This document shows, one piece after another, positions 1 to 10,018 of a stretch of DNA of 25,063 nt (positions are counted from its first letter, which is position 1; every line of letters begins with the position of its first letter). The translations under genes were made by a program, and so were the position numbers. Source of the stretch: a virus (taxonomy: Duplodnaviria > Caudoviricetes); the IMG/VR virus record IMGVR_UViG_3300017780_001066, positions 1-25,063 of that record. One strand, written 5' to 3'. Under the pieces are notes generated by a model. It had not been told where the DNA came from, did no database searches, and saw nothing but the letters and a program-made list of their open reading frames with translations.

Positions 1-2
1 AC

Positions 3-152
3 CCTGACGGGGATACAACTGACCTTATTATGTCGGTGTGGTTCCAGAAACTTGGCGTAGAAAACCATTACACTCCTCGTAACGATGGAATGTACAAAAT
101 GGTTCGTCCGTCATGGCTTGGGAAACAACGCGGAATGGTTGGAGCATATTAA
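3..152 (+). CDS. terL: Terminase large subunit, C-terminal end (5'-truncated by window)
   Basis: Frame 3 is open from the window start: PDGDTTDLIMSVWFQKLGVENHYTPRNDGMYKMVRPSWLGKQRGMVGAY*. The P-x-G-x-T-(T/D)-D-x-x-M-x-x-W-F pattern resembles the last catalytic Asp motif of TerL nuclease domains. Its stop overlaps the portal ATG (TAATG at 150-154). Confidence 0.75.
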   Translation, partial: PDGDTTDLIMSVWFQKLGVENHYTPRNDGMYKMVRPSWLGKQRGMVGAY

Positions 153-1996
153 TGCGTACTGCTGATGAAATCCTATCGCTATATAGGGAACGGTCAAAGT
201 ATTATCTTCCTTTACATGGAAAAATGCGAACCATTCAGTCTATTTACAACGGGACTATGACTATTCCTCTTCCTGAGGTTGAACGTAACGAGATGCCTTC
301 TGTCCCTAACTTGCTTGCTGCTGGTGTAGATCAAATGGCTGGACGTATTGCTTCTGTTATTCCTTCGGTTACTTTTGCTACAACTTCAGATACTCGCTCT
401 GACTCTAGAAGGGCTAAGGCTGCTGCGCGTGTAGTTACGGGTTGGTGGCAATTAGACCGTATTCCAATGAAGATGAAGCAGCGTGCCCGTCACATTATTG
501 CTTACGCTCAGGCTCCTTGCGTTATTCGGTGGGATGCTAAGACTAACCGACCTATTTGGCATATACGTCACCCTTTGGAAACCCTACCTTCAACAGATAT
601 TGAACCGGGTCGTTGCACTCCCACGGATGTTATCTTTAGTTACCGACGTTCCGTAACATGGCTTAAGTCTATGGGTTACGGTATGCAGGTAGGTGCTGTA
701 TCAGGTAAGTGGGATATTAACCCTGACACCGAAATGCTTCTTCTTGAGTACATTGATGCTGACGGAACTACTCTTTTGTTAACCGCTAAGTCCAGATCAG
801 ACGAAGGTTTCTATGGTTACGATCAGGAATTTGATCGTTCAGGAAGCATGAAGGGTGTTGTCCTAGAATACATCCCTAACGCTATTGACATGATGCCTTG
901 CACCGTCCCTATGCGTATAACCCTTGATGGTCCTACGGGACAGTTTGACAACATGATTGGCATGTACTACCAGCAGGCTAAACTTATGGCTTTGGAAACT
1001 ATTGCTGTTGAAAAAGGTATCTTTCCTGACACTTACTTGATTTCACGACCCGGTGAAGTAGGAAGGTTCCTTGATGGACCCCATGATGGACGAACAGGAA
1101 TGGTCAACATCATTAGTGGAGGAGAAATTCGAGAAATACAATCCCAACCGGGATACCTAACTAACCCTACAATCGATCGTCTTGAAAGAAACCAACGAGT
1201 TACTGCTGGTATTCCGGCAGAGTTTGGTGGAGAGTCAGGGTCAAACATCCGTACAGGGCGACGCGGAGATGCAGTTCTTTCAGCCGTAATTGATTTTCCT
1301 GTAAGTGAGGCTCAAGAAACTTTTGGGTTTACTCTTGAGAAGGAAAACGAGATTGCTATTGCTTTGTCAAAGAAGTATGACGGTTCAACAGCAAGAACAA
1401 TCTATGTTGGTGTAGGTAACACAAGTAAAGCGGTAACTTATGAATCAAACAAGATATTTACTAATACTGAGCATGTTGTTTCTTACCCTGCTGCTGGTAC
1501 TGACCTTAACTCTTTAATGATTGGTCTTGGTCAACGCGTTGGTTTAGGCATTATGTCTAAGGAAACCGCTGCTTCCCTTGACCCGTTTATTGATAATCCT
1601 GAGCAAGAGCATGACCGTATTATTGCTGAAGGTTTAGAACAAGCCCTTGTTAGTGGTATTCAACAGCAGGCTTCTTCTGGGGCTATCCCACCAATTACTT
1701 TGGCTAAAATTATGCAACTTGTTTCTAATGATCGCATGGAACTTGCTGAAGCATTAGACAAAGTAACTAAGGATGCTATTGCAGAGCAGGAAAAGAAGCA
1801 GGGTCAAGCCCAGAATCAAATGGCTGAGGAACAAATGACACCTGAAAGTATGGCTGCTGGTCCTTCTTTGCAGGCTTTAGCCGGTGGGCCACCTGAATCT
1901 TCCTCACCTATTCCTGGGCCCAACCAAGGTCAACAGGATTTGTTAAGTTTGTTGTCTACTCTTAAGCGTCCTACTGCTGGTATTGGTGGTGCGTAA
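152..1996 (+). CDS. Portal (head-tail connector) protein
   Basis: About 614 aa, directly after terL, with a helical and Q/P-rich C-terminal tail typical of podovirus portals. Start moved from 113 to ATG 152 because of the TAATG overlap and GGAG at 141-144. Confidence 0.8.
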   Translation: MRTADEILSLYRERSKYYLPLHGKMRTIQSIYNGTMTIPLPEVERNEMPSVPNLLAAGVDQMAGRIASVIPSVTFATTSDTRSDSRRAKAAARVVTGWWQLDRIPMKMKQRARHIIAYAQAPCVIRWDAKTNRPIWHIRHPLETLPSTDIEPGRCTPTDVIFSYRRSVTWLKSMGYGMQVGAVSGKWDINPDTEMLLLEYIDADGTTLLLTAKSRSDEGFYGYDQEFDRSGSMKGVVLEYIPNAIDMMPCTVPMRITLDGPTGQFDNMIGMYYQQAKLMALETIAVEKGIFPDTYLISRPGEVGRFLDGPHDGRTGMVNIISGGEIREIQSQPGYLTNPTIDRLERNQRVTAGIPAEFGGESGSNIRTGRRGDAVLSAVIDFPVSEAQETFGFTLEKENEIAIALSKKYDGSTARTIYVGVGNTSKAVTYESNKIFTNTEHVVSYPAAGTDLNSLMIGLGQRVGLGIMSKETAASLDPFIDNPEQEHDRIIAEGLEQALVSGIQQQASSGAIPPITLAKIMQLVSNDRMELAEALDKVTKDAIAEQEKKQGQAQNQMAEEQMTPESMAAGPSLQALAGGPPESSSPIPGPNQGQQDLLSLLSTLKRPTAGIGGA

Positions 1997-2370
1997 TGCC
2001 TAGAGGTGGTAAACGAGAAGGTACTCCCGGTAAGGGTTATTCAAACCGTACCGATTTACAGATGGATTACGATAATGAGAACACGTCGGCTGCTTCCGGT
2101 GGACAGAAAGCACAAGCACAAGCGCAACCTGCTCCCGGTCAAATGTTTCCAGAAGATACACCTATGCTTCTTGACCCGACTAATCGGCCAGATGAGCCTA
2201 TTACTTCGGGGTTATCTACAGGCGCTGGTAGGGGGCCGGAGGTACTTGATCCTCGTAACGAAGAAACAAGAAAACTTAAAAGGTTCTTGCCGTTAATTGA
2301 ACCAATGCTGGATAATGAAGATACTCCCAGTTCAGTAAGGGCACTTGTTAGATACATTAAAGGAGCGTGA
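1996..2370 (+). CDS. Hypothetical phage protein (124 aa, Pro/Gly-rich, follows portal)
   Basis: Coupled to the portal stop by TAATG. Begins MPRGGKR and contains PTNRPDEPITSG. Codon usage matches neighbouring genes. Confidence 0.75.
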   Translation: MPRGGKREGTPGKGYSNRTDLQMDYDNENTSAASGGQKAQAQAQPAPGQMFPEDTPMLLDPTNRPDEPITSGLSTGAGRGPEVLDPRNEETRKLKRFLPLIEPMLDNEDTPSSVRALVRYIKGA

Positions 2371-2513
2371 TGTTTACACAAAATCTTGGCGCTTTTACTG
2401 ATGCTTTAGGTGTTGAGAATGCACCTACTATTGTTTATTTTTCTATGATTCCTTGGCCTTCTGACCAAGAGCGTGATGAATTTATTAGTCTTCTTTCTAA
2501 GAACGGTGAGTAA
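2370..2513 (+). CDS. Small hypothetical protein, 47 aa (not in ORF track)
   Basis: MFTQNLGAFTDALGVENAPTIVYFSMIPWPSDQERDEFISLLSKNGE*. AGGAG SD at 2361-2365, TGATG overlap upstream and TAATG overlap downstream, so it fills the gap exactly. Confidence 0.75.
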   Translation: MFTQNLGAFTDALGVENAPTIVYFSMIPWPSDQERDEFISLLSKNGE

Positions 2514-5500
2514 TGGTTGAGAAGACAAAGAAAAAACCCGTTGTTTGGACAATGGAAGATTACGGTAATCTTGATGTTGCCGAGTATGTTTACAAACTAC
2601 GTCAAGGTAGTGGTAGCGGTGGAGGTAGTGGGGCTACTTTTGGTCAAGAAGGAGAGTTTAGTTTAGACAATCTTCTTCCCGGTGTTTCAACTAAAGCAGC
2701 AGTAACTACTGAGGGTGGGGTTGCTAAACCTTCTCCACAGTTGCAGGCAACTGCTCAAGAAATTCTTAAAGACCCAACAGCGTTTGTAAACAAAGCACCC
2801 GTTGAAGATGAAAACCTTATTAAAAAGGCTGGCGGTATTCTTTCTAACATTTTTGATTTTGAAGATGAATCAAATTCACCTGTTGAAACTGTGTGGGATG
2901 GTTTTCTTAGAGGACTTGACTGGGGTTATGACCGTTTAAACCAGTTTGCTGTTGTTGCTGTTTCTGATCTTCCCGGTGGAACCAGAACTCTTACTTATGA
3001 TGAAGCCGGAAATATTTCTTTTGGTCAACAACTTGTTGCAAGCATGGGTCAAACCGCTGGCCGTTTAAAGCGTAATGAAGGTCAATTTGGTGATTTTCTT
3101 TTAGCACCATTTAGTGCTATTGCTACTGGCGCTTCAATGATTGATCCTAATAGTGAAATTGAAGAAGCAGGATTTGATATTACTAGCGAGGAAGACAGAA
3201 AAGTATTTGATGAGGGGGAAGCAAAGTTTTTCTCTGGTGTTGCAGATTTTGGTTTTGTTTTTGCTGATCCTCTTATTGCTGCTGGTGTTGTAACTAAACT
3301 TGGTCGTTTAAAATATTTAGATAGAGCGTTTAAGACTGATGCAGAAATTAATGCTTTTGGTGTTGAACTAGGCGCTAAGGTTTTAACTGAAGATGAACCT
3401 TTAAAAGGTATAAGAATTCTTGATGATCTTGAATCAAAGGGTCAGGCTATTACTCGAGAAAATTATGATGAGGCTGGGCCTTACGCTGAGTTTATAGATC
3501 AAAGTTTTAATGGTAAAAAATCTTGGGCTCAAATTATTCAACAACCTGAAATTAAAGATTCAACCCATGCCGAGGCTATTGCTATGGGTATATCTGAGGC
3601 TACTACTCGTCAGCAAGCAGCAGATGTTATTATGGCAGCGTTAGGTGATAAAGACGCTTACACAAAACTTGTTGACGAACAATCAGATATTGCTGAGGCT
3701 ATTCGCGTTTCTGAACGTAGGGCTTTAGAAATTCAGGCTACTCTTGAACCTGAAAAATGGAAATCAGAAATTTTTAAATATGACAGTATTGTTAAAAATC
3801 TTGAAAAAGATGTTGCTAAGGCTAAAGAAGATTTAAATAATCAACTTATTAGTTCTGGAGATTACGATAATCGTTATGCACTTTTAGTTAACGCTCAAGA
3901 TGATCTTGTAGCAATCAAGGCTGGTATTGCTATTGACCCTGCTCAAAAGTTAAGTACTAAAGAACTTCAAAATGCTCAAAAAGCAGCGGTTGATGCTGCT
4001 AACGCTCAGGTTGAAAAAAACAAGTACCTGCAACGCGCTATTGATGCTGCTGGTTCAATGATGAATACTAACCGTGGAATAGTATCTAATACCGCTGTTG
4101 GTCGTGCTGTTGGACGTAGACGAACTAAAGTTGCTGGAGAACGATACAAAGCAATGAATGAACGTGGAACTTGGAGTGTTAACGATTTTTTTAGCAAAGA
4201 TGGTTTAAAGCACACTATTAGAGTATTTCGTTATTCACCGGGTATAGAGAATCCTGCTTATTATATGAGCACTAAAGGTACTGGCGCTACTGATCTTTAT
4301 AAAGAGAGTGGAGCCATTACAGGTGGTCTTAAAGTATTTAATGGTGAAGGTAAACAAATAGTAATTAATGGTCAAACTGTTACTGTTGGTGGTACTGCTA
4401 GAAAAGAATCTATTCAGGCTGATTTTCTTAAAGCAGTTTCTACACAAGAAGATGTTACTTTAGCAATGAAACAATTTGAAGATTCTATTAGCAGAGAACT
4501 TTCACTTTTTTATAATCTTGATGAAGATGTCATGGATCATATTATGCAAAGAGCACGTTTAAGTATGGCTAATGTTGCTGAACAAATTAAAGATCCTAAC
4601 CGTCAATTTTTTGCTGAAAACAATATTCCAGAAAGTGTTACAAATCTTGCAAAAGCACCTTTCTTAGAGTCACAACTTTTAGAAGGAGGTTATATTGTTC
4701 CTTTTGACCATTTAGAAGACATTCTTATTAATTTAAATAAAGGTAATATTGATAAGGGAACTCTTGCTGGAATGAGCGATAGCAATATGCAAATGCTTGT
4801 AGATAGATCCAGTTATACTCCTAAAGGTTTTATTGGTGAAAAAGCGGTAAGTGCTAACGAAATTTTTCAGTCTTTTTGGAGGCCAGCGGTTCTATTACGT
4901 CTTGGTTATCCTATGCGTAACGTGACTGAAGGAACTGTACGTTCAATGATTTTTAATCAGTCTCTTGCTCCTATGTTTTGGACTGCTAAAGGTTTGACTA
5001 AAGGGATGTACAACACTAGAAGAGTTAAACGTGCAGAAAAAGAATATGCAGGTTTGGCTTCTGCTCTTGGTGGAGATGCTCGTAATAAAAAAGTTTTTGA
5101 ATTAAAAGAATCTGTTAAAACTTTAATTGATGAACAAAATATTCTTGCTAATGTTATTGATGATGTTGTTGATAAACCAGACAAATATAATTTTAAACTT
5201 CTTCGTGATGGTGATAACGAGTACACAACACCAGACAACTTTTTTAAGGTTCGTCAGGAAATACCTGTTGGTGGTAAAAAGGCTGATGCTCAATGGGTTG
5301 TTTATGAAATAACCGAAGACGGCGAAATGATTAATAGTTTAGGTTTTGGCAAGTTAGTTGATGCTAAAAGTTATCTTAAGAACAGTATTGAAGATGCACA
5401 GAATTGGACTGTTGATGAATTTTCTCAATCTGTTGATGAATTTTCTCAGATTTCTCCTCGTTTGGCTCAAATTAATAAAGAGTATAATCCGGGTATTGTT

Positions 5501-8365
5501 CGTGCTGGAGTTACCCAAAAATCTATTGATGCTCAAAAAGCAAAACGAGCAAAGCGTATTGAAGAAATTAATAAAGAAGTAAAAAAACTTACAGAAGAAA
5601 TGGATGTTATTCCTCCTAGCCGTGTTAGAGAAAATCTTGAAGGTAGTAAGTTTCTTAAATGGCTTGATAAAGAATTAGATAATCTTAATGAGCAGGCAAA
5701 CACAAGCCTGTTGTTTGAAAATGAATTTATTAAAAATGCTGGTGGGTGGCTTAAATTAAGTTCTAAGGAACAAAGCGACATAATTAAACTTCGTAGTACT
5801 CGTTCAGAACAATTAATGCAAGCCAAGTTATTATCTACTGACGATTATTTTGCAATATCAGAATATGCTAATCGTCGTTCTCAAAAGAAATTTGTTGACC
5901 AAGGTAAAGATGTTCTTTTGGATAATGGTGTACTTTTGCATACTGCTTTTGGTAATGAACGGTACAGGGATATTGCTCGTAAAAACCTTTCAGCAGATAA
6001 TACTATTAAAGCAACTTTGTCTATCCGTGCTAATTTAACTCAATCATTTTTGTTGCGTAAGAACGCTGAGTTGTTTGTTGACGTTTCTCCTAATGATCCC
6101 GGTTATTGGGATGGTATGCAAGAAATGTTGCAACAGTATTCACAGTCAACTGTTGGACAAATGCTTGCTAAAGGTGAATCTAATGACGCTATTGTTAATT
6201 GGATTTTAAATGATCCTGCTGGACGTAAATGGCGTGATGAACTTGATGCTGCTACTTCCGTAATGGATAGTAACAATAACCGTTGGGGTTTAATTGGAGA
6301 GTCACCTAAAGTTGCTAACGATTATGTAAGTAATGTTCGTAGTGGTTTAGAAGTTATTACTCTTGGTGATCCTAGAGTTCTTGATATTATTACTCGTAGA
6401 CCACCTAAGGCTTCTGAGTTGCAACGGTACATGGGCGCAGCATATGAGGGTCGTCTTAATCCTGTTGTTGGTAATAAAGAAATGTTGACTGGTTTTAAAA
6501 AAGTTATGGACATCTATAGGTCTTCTATTGAAACTTCTTTTAAATATGTTGGTACTATGCCTGAGGATTCTCTTGTCCGTGGTCCTTTTTATAGTAAACA
6601 GTATTTAAAGTTTCGTGATGATGGTTTAGCGTTGCTTAAAGAACAGTACAAGGATAGTAATTTTATTCCTTTGGATCGTATTGAAACTTTGGAACGTAAT
6701 GCTCATAGGCGTGCTTTGAAAGATACTAAAGAGTTTCTTTACACTATTGATCGTCGTACAAATGTTGGTAAGTATGGTGAATGGGTGTTCCCGTTTATTT
6801 CGGCTTCTCAAAACTCTGTTGTTACTTTAGGTAAATTGTTTAGGCGTGATCCTCAAACCGCAGCAATTATGGTTGATTTGTGGAAAGCCCCTACTAAGGC
6901 TGGTTGGGAAGATGAAGAAGGAAACATTGTTTTTCCTCTGCCTAAGGCTTTGATTCCTGATGGTGTTGAAGATTTTTTTGGTATTCGTGGGGTTAGCAAC
7001 ATTAAAGTTTCTAAGTCTGGTTTAAATGTTTTGTTCCCTGAAACTGGTTTTGCTTTTGTTCCTCGTCCTGCTCCTCTTGTTCAAGTTGGTGCAAGTACGT
7101 TAATGAAAAAAGGTTTACTGTTTACTGTTGAACCTCCTTCAATGATGACAAGTTTTCTTGGTAAAGAAGACGCTAATCAGTTGTGGAAAGGTTTTAAGGA
7201 TTATATTTATGGAGAAGAGAATGGTGTTTCTACTGTGCCATTTTCAGCGGATAAAATTTTGCCACCTTGGGCTAATAGGTTTTATCAAATTATTCAAAAT
7301 GATTCTTCTACACAATACGCTTATCAGTATGCTTTGCAGGCTCGTACTCAAGAGTTGTTGTGGCGTGCAGGAGAGCGTGAGGATTATCCTACTTCTAAAG
7401 AAATCCAAGACCGTACTAATGGTCAATTTATTTTAAGAATTTTGGGTAACTTGCTTGCGTTTACTCCACCTGATTATGAATCTTCTATTCAACCTTTGAT
7501 TGATATGCAAAGAAAATACGATCAAGTTTATGGCCTTGAGGGTCCTATGAAATTTTCTGAAAATTTTGGTAACGAAACTTTAATTTTGTCTAATACTGAC
7601 ACAAGTAAAAATACTGGTGGGGCTTTGTCTAACATGGATGCTGTTGCTAACATTCGTCAAAACACGGCTTTGATTGAGGGTCTTTCTCCTCGTCTTGGTG
7701 ATGATTTAAGTATTCTTGGTATTATTGTTAACGATAAGGCTTCTAATGCTGAGTATGATGCTAGTGCTTATAGGTGGTTGACTCAGACTGAAATTCCTGG
7801 GGCTTCTAAGAATTGGCGTGATTTGTTGAGTGGTCCTGAGGCTATGCGGGAAACTCAGCGTACTGCTGGTTGGGTTGAGTTTGCTAAATTTATGGGTAGT
7901 TTGGATGCTTTGCTTGAGCAGCGTGGTTTGACAAGTTATCGTTCTAAGGCTGCTTCTGATCTTAATAGTTACCGTAAAGAGAAGATTGCTTTAATGAAAG
8001 ATGATCCTATATATGAGGGTTGGCGTATTGATTATGAGGATATTGGTGGGGATCGTGCTCAAAAAACTGTAATGGTTTTGGAGTCTGCTTTGTCTGATAG
8101 TAATTTTATGAAGAATAGGGCTGATGATCCTATGTGGCAGTCGGCTGCTTTATATCTTGAGGCTCGTAAAGATGTGCAAAACGCTCTTGCTAATGACCCT
8201 ACTGATGATGAGAAAGATATTATTCTGGCAGAATGGGATGAGTTTACTCAGGGTTTAAAGACTTATAGTAATGACTGGGCTGCTGTTGCAAACAGATTCT
8301 TGTCTGCTGATGACAACCCTATTGGTTCTCAGTCTAGTGTTTCGTTGTTTGAAGGAGGAATGTAA
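2513..8365 (+). CDS. Very large putative internal virion / DNA-ejection protein (1950 aa)
   Basis: Size, largely helical or coiled-coil character, location in the structural operon of a phage with no visible tape measure, and motifs such as LLRLGYPMRN and VFPFISA. No catalytic motif recognised. Function is inferred. Confidence 0.6.
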   Translation: MVEKTKKKPVVWTMEDYGNLDVAEYVYKLRQGSGSGGGSGATFGQEGEFSLDNLLPGVSTKAAVTTEGGVAKPSPQLQATAQEILKDPTAFVNKAPVEDENLIKKAGGILSNIFDFEDESNSPVETVWDGFLRGLDWGYDRLNQFAVVAVSDLPGGTRTLTYDEAGNISFGQQLVASMGQTAGRLKRNEGQFGDFLLAPFSAIATGASMIDPNSEIEEAGFDITSEEDRKVFDEGEAKFFSGVADFGFVFADPLIAAGVVTKLGRLKYLDRAFKTDAEINAFGVELGAKVLTEDEPLKGIRILDDLESKGQAITRENYDEAGPYAEFIDQSFNGKKSWAQIIQQPEIKDSTHAEAIAMGISEATTRQQAADVIMAALGDKDAYTKLVDEQSDIAEAIRVSERRALEIQATLEPEKWKSEIFKYDSIVKNLEKDVAKAKEDLNNQLISSGDYDNRYALLVNAQDDLVAIKAGIAIDPAQKLSTKELQNAQKAAVDAANAQVEKNKYLQRAIDAAGSMMNTNRGIVSNTAVGRAVGRRRTKVAGERYKAMNERGTWSVNDFFSKDGLKHTIRVFRYSPGIENPAYYMSTKGTGATDLYKESGAITGGLKVFNGEGKQIVINGQTVTVGGTARKESIQADFLKAVSTQEDVTLAMKQFEDSISRELSLFYNLDEDVMDHIMQRARLSMANVAEQIKDPNRQFFAENNIPESVTNLAKAPFLESQLLEGGYIVPFDHLEDILINLNKGNIDKGTLAGMSDSNMQMLVDRSSYTPKGFIGEKAVSANEIFQSFWRPAVLLRLGYPMRNVTEGTVRSMIFNQSLAPMFWTAKGLTKGMYNTRRVKRAEKEYAGLASALGGDARNKKVFELKESVKTLIDEQNILANVIDDVVDKPDKYNFKLLRDGDNEYTTPDNFFKVRQEIPVGGKKADAQWVVYEITEDGEMINSLGFGKLVDAKSYLKNSIEDAQNWTVDEFSQSVDEFSQISPRLAQINKEYNPGIVRAGVTQKSIDAQKAKRAKRIEEINKEVKKLTEEMDVIPPSRVRENLEGSKFLKWLDKELDNLNEQANTSLLFENEFIKNAGGWLKLSSKEQSDIIKLRSTRSEQLMQAKLLSTDDYFAISEYANRRSQKKFVDQGKDVLLDNGVLLHTAFGNERYRDIARKNLSADNTIKATLSIRANLTQSFLLRKNAELFVDVSPNDPGYWDGMQEMLQQYSQSTVGQMLAKGESNDAIVNWILNDPAGRKWRDELDAATSVMDSNNNRWGLIGESPKVANDYVSNVRSGLEVITLGDPRVLDIITRRPPKASELQRYMGAAYEGRLNPVVGNKEMLTGFKKVMDIYRSSIETSFKYVGTMPEDSLVRGPFYSKQYLKFRDDGLALLKEQYKDSNFIPLDRIETLERNAHRRALKDTKEFLYTIDRRTNVGKYGEWVFPFISASQNSVVTLGKLFRRDPQTAAIMVDLWKAPTKAGWEDEEGNIVFPLPKALIPDGVEDFFGIRGVSNIKVSKSGLNVLFPETGFAFVPRPAPLVQVGASTLMKKGLLFTVEPPSMMTSFLGKEDANQLWKGFKDYIYGEENGVSTVPFSADKILPPWANRFYQIIQNDSSTQYAYQYALQARTQELLWRAGEREDYPTSKEIQDRTNGQFILRILGNLLAFTPPDYESSIQPLIDMQRKYDQVYGLEGPMKFSENFGNETLILSNTDTSKNTGGALSNMDAVANIRQNTALIEGLSPRLGDDLSILGIIVNDKASNAEYDASAYRWLTQTEIPGASKNWRDLLSGPEAMRETQRTAGWVEFAKFMGSLDALLEQRGLTSYRSKAASDLNSYRKEKIALMKDDPIYEGWRIDYEDIGGDRAQKTVMVLESALSDSNFMKNRADDPMWQSAALYLEARKDVQNALANDPTDDEKDIILAEWDEFTQGLKTYSNDWAAVANRFLSADDNPIGSQSSVSLFEGGM
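5409..5448 (+). repeat. In-frame 21-bp-period tandem duplication (VDEFSQS/VDEFSQI)
   Basis: ctgttgatgaattttctca occurs identically at 5409-5427 and 5430-5448. Confidence 0.9.
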
Positions 8366-9114
8366 TGGTAGCACCACCAATTAATAATGTACCGGCTTCT
8401 CTTAGGCCCCGTACTCCTACTCAAACTAGATTTGGTATTGGCGGTAATCAAGACCCTAATACTGTCTATGTTGGTGACTTGTTTAAAGGCTCTGCCATTG
8501 GTGGTAAAAGTTTTTATAATTATGACGTTGTTGCAGATAACTGGTCTATGTTGTCTCCTGAGGCAATTCAAAAGGTTGCCACAGATGCTCAAGATTATGC
8601 TGGTTGGTCTAAGCCTGTTCCTAAACAAAACCTTCCCGGTTTTTGGGCAACTCTTGTAGATATTGCTTACAAGGCTAATACTCAATATGGGGAAACTATT
8701 AGTCCTATTGAGGCTTATGGATGGTATAAAAAAAAGTTTGGAAAATCATTAAACTCTGCTTCCGGCGGTAGTGGGGGTGGAGGCGGCTCTTCTGCGCCTA
8801 ATCAGCGTGTTAATTTGACTGATCCTGATACTGCTAACCAATTGGTTGATAGGGCCTTAGAAACGTATTTAGGGCGTAGGGCTAATGATAAAGAGCAGGA
8901 TCTTTTTCGTAAAGCGTTAAACCGTCAGGAAATGAATAACCCCGTTTCTACTGATGTTCAGGGTAATACTGCTGTTAATAAGGGTGGTATTAATCCTGCT
9001 GCTCGTGCTGAAAAGTTTGCTATGGCGCAAGAAGGTTCTGCTGAGTATCAGGCATCAACGACTCTACTTGATGCTTTTATTGATGGTATAAGAAATCCAG
9101 TAGGTGGTATGTAA
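8365..9114 (+). CDS. Hypothetical protein, putative virion/ejection protein (249 aa)
   Basis: GGAGG SD and TAATG coupling, with an internal Gly/Ser linker. Function inferred from context only. Confidence 0.6.
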   Translation: MVAPPINNVPASLRPRTPTQTRFGIGGNQDPNTVYVGDLFKGSAIGGKSFYNYDVVADNWSMLSPEAIQKVATDAQDYAGWSKPVPKQNLPGFWATLVDIAYKANTQYGETISPIEAYGWYKKKFGKSLNSASGGSGGGGGSSAPNQRVNLTDPDTANQLVDRALETYLGRRANDKEQDLFRKALNRQEMNNPVSTDVQGNTAVNKGGINPAARAEKFAMAQEGSAEYQASTTLLDAFIDGIRNPVGGM

Positions 9115-10016
9115 TGGCTAAGAATCCTGACATGAAGGCAGACAAGTTATCTAAAGAGGAACTTGCTTCTGATTATGGTTATGCTGTAGAAGTTATTTAT
9201 TCTAACCCTGAAATAGCGGCTTTGTTTGAAAAGGCTGTTAAGCAACAATGGTTACCAAACCGTTTTAAGGCTGGACTTCAAAACACTAATTGGTATAAGC
9301 AAAACAGTCAGTATGCTCGTGAAACTTTTATTAAGAAGTCTATGGGTGGGGCTGATTGGGAAGAGTCTCTTAATACTGCTAAAGAAATTGTTCAGGCAAG
9401 GGCTACAACGGTTGGTTCTACTTTAACTCCTGAAGAATTAAACTCTCTTGCATATAGAGTTCTTAACGAAGGTATGGATCGTCCCGGTCGGGAAAGTTTA
9501 TTAGATAAGGCTTTGTCTGAAAATATTAAAGTATCTAGTGAAGGATTTCTTCGTGGCGCTTCTGGTGATTTGGCTGATAATCTTCGTACTCTTGCTGAGG
9601 CTAATGGAGTTTCTTTTAACGATGATTTTTATGTTTCTGCTGCTAAGTCGGTCAATAGTAATTTAAGTACTGCTGAGGACTGGGAACGAGACATTAGGGA
9701 GCGTGCTGCTTCTTTATTCCCTGTGTATTCGGATAAGATTCGTGCTGGTGTAAATGCAATAGATTTGGCTTCTCCTTATATGACTTTAATGGGAGAGGAT
9801 TTAGAGATTAACGCTAAAGAAATTTCTTTGGATGATCCTTACATTCGTGAGGCTCTTGGTGGTTTTTCTTCAAATGGAACACCAGAGCCAACTAACCTTT
9901 GGGATTTTCGTAAAAAAATACGCAGTGATCCTCGTTGGATGGGTACTCTTAAGGCTAATAATGAGATTGCTGGTTCGTTTGATTCGCTGTTAAAAATATT
10001 TGGAGTTAGGAAGTAA
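9114..10016 (+). CDS. Hypothetical protein, putative virion/ejection protein (300 aa)
   Basis: TAATG coupling and predominantly helical composition. Function inferred from context only. Confidence 0.6.
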   Translation: MAKNPDMKADKLSKEELASDYGYAVEVIYSNPEIAALFEKAVKQQWLPNRFKAGLQNTNWYKQNSQYARETFIKKSMGGADWEESLNTAKEIVQARATTVGSTLTPEELNSLAYRVLNEGMDRPGRESLLDKALSENIKVSSEGFLRGASGDLADNLRTLAEANGVSFNDDFYVSAAKSVNSNLSTAEDWERDIRERAASLFPVYSDKIRAGVNAIDLASPYMTLMGEDLEINAKEISLDDPYIREALGGFSSNGTPEPTNLWDFRKKIRSDPRWMGTLKANNEIAGSFDSLLKIFGVRK

Positions 10017-10018
10017 TT

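Noticed and set aside
113-151. ORF-track start of the portal at 113
   Set aside because: It lies inside the terL 3' end. ATG 152 has an SD and TAATG coupling.
2110-2127. GCACAA-like hexamer repeat (AQAQAQ)
   Set aside because: It is a short low-complexity linker in a coding region with no sign of further function.
2513-8365. Giant ORF as tape measure protein or virion RNA polymerase
   Set aside because: No tail tube or tail chaperone genes are adjacent, no periodic TMP repeats are seen, and I recognised no polymerase catalytic motifs.
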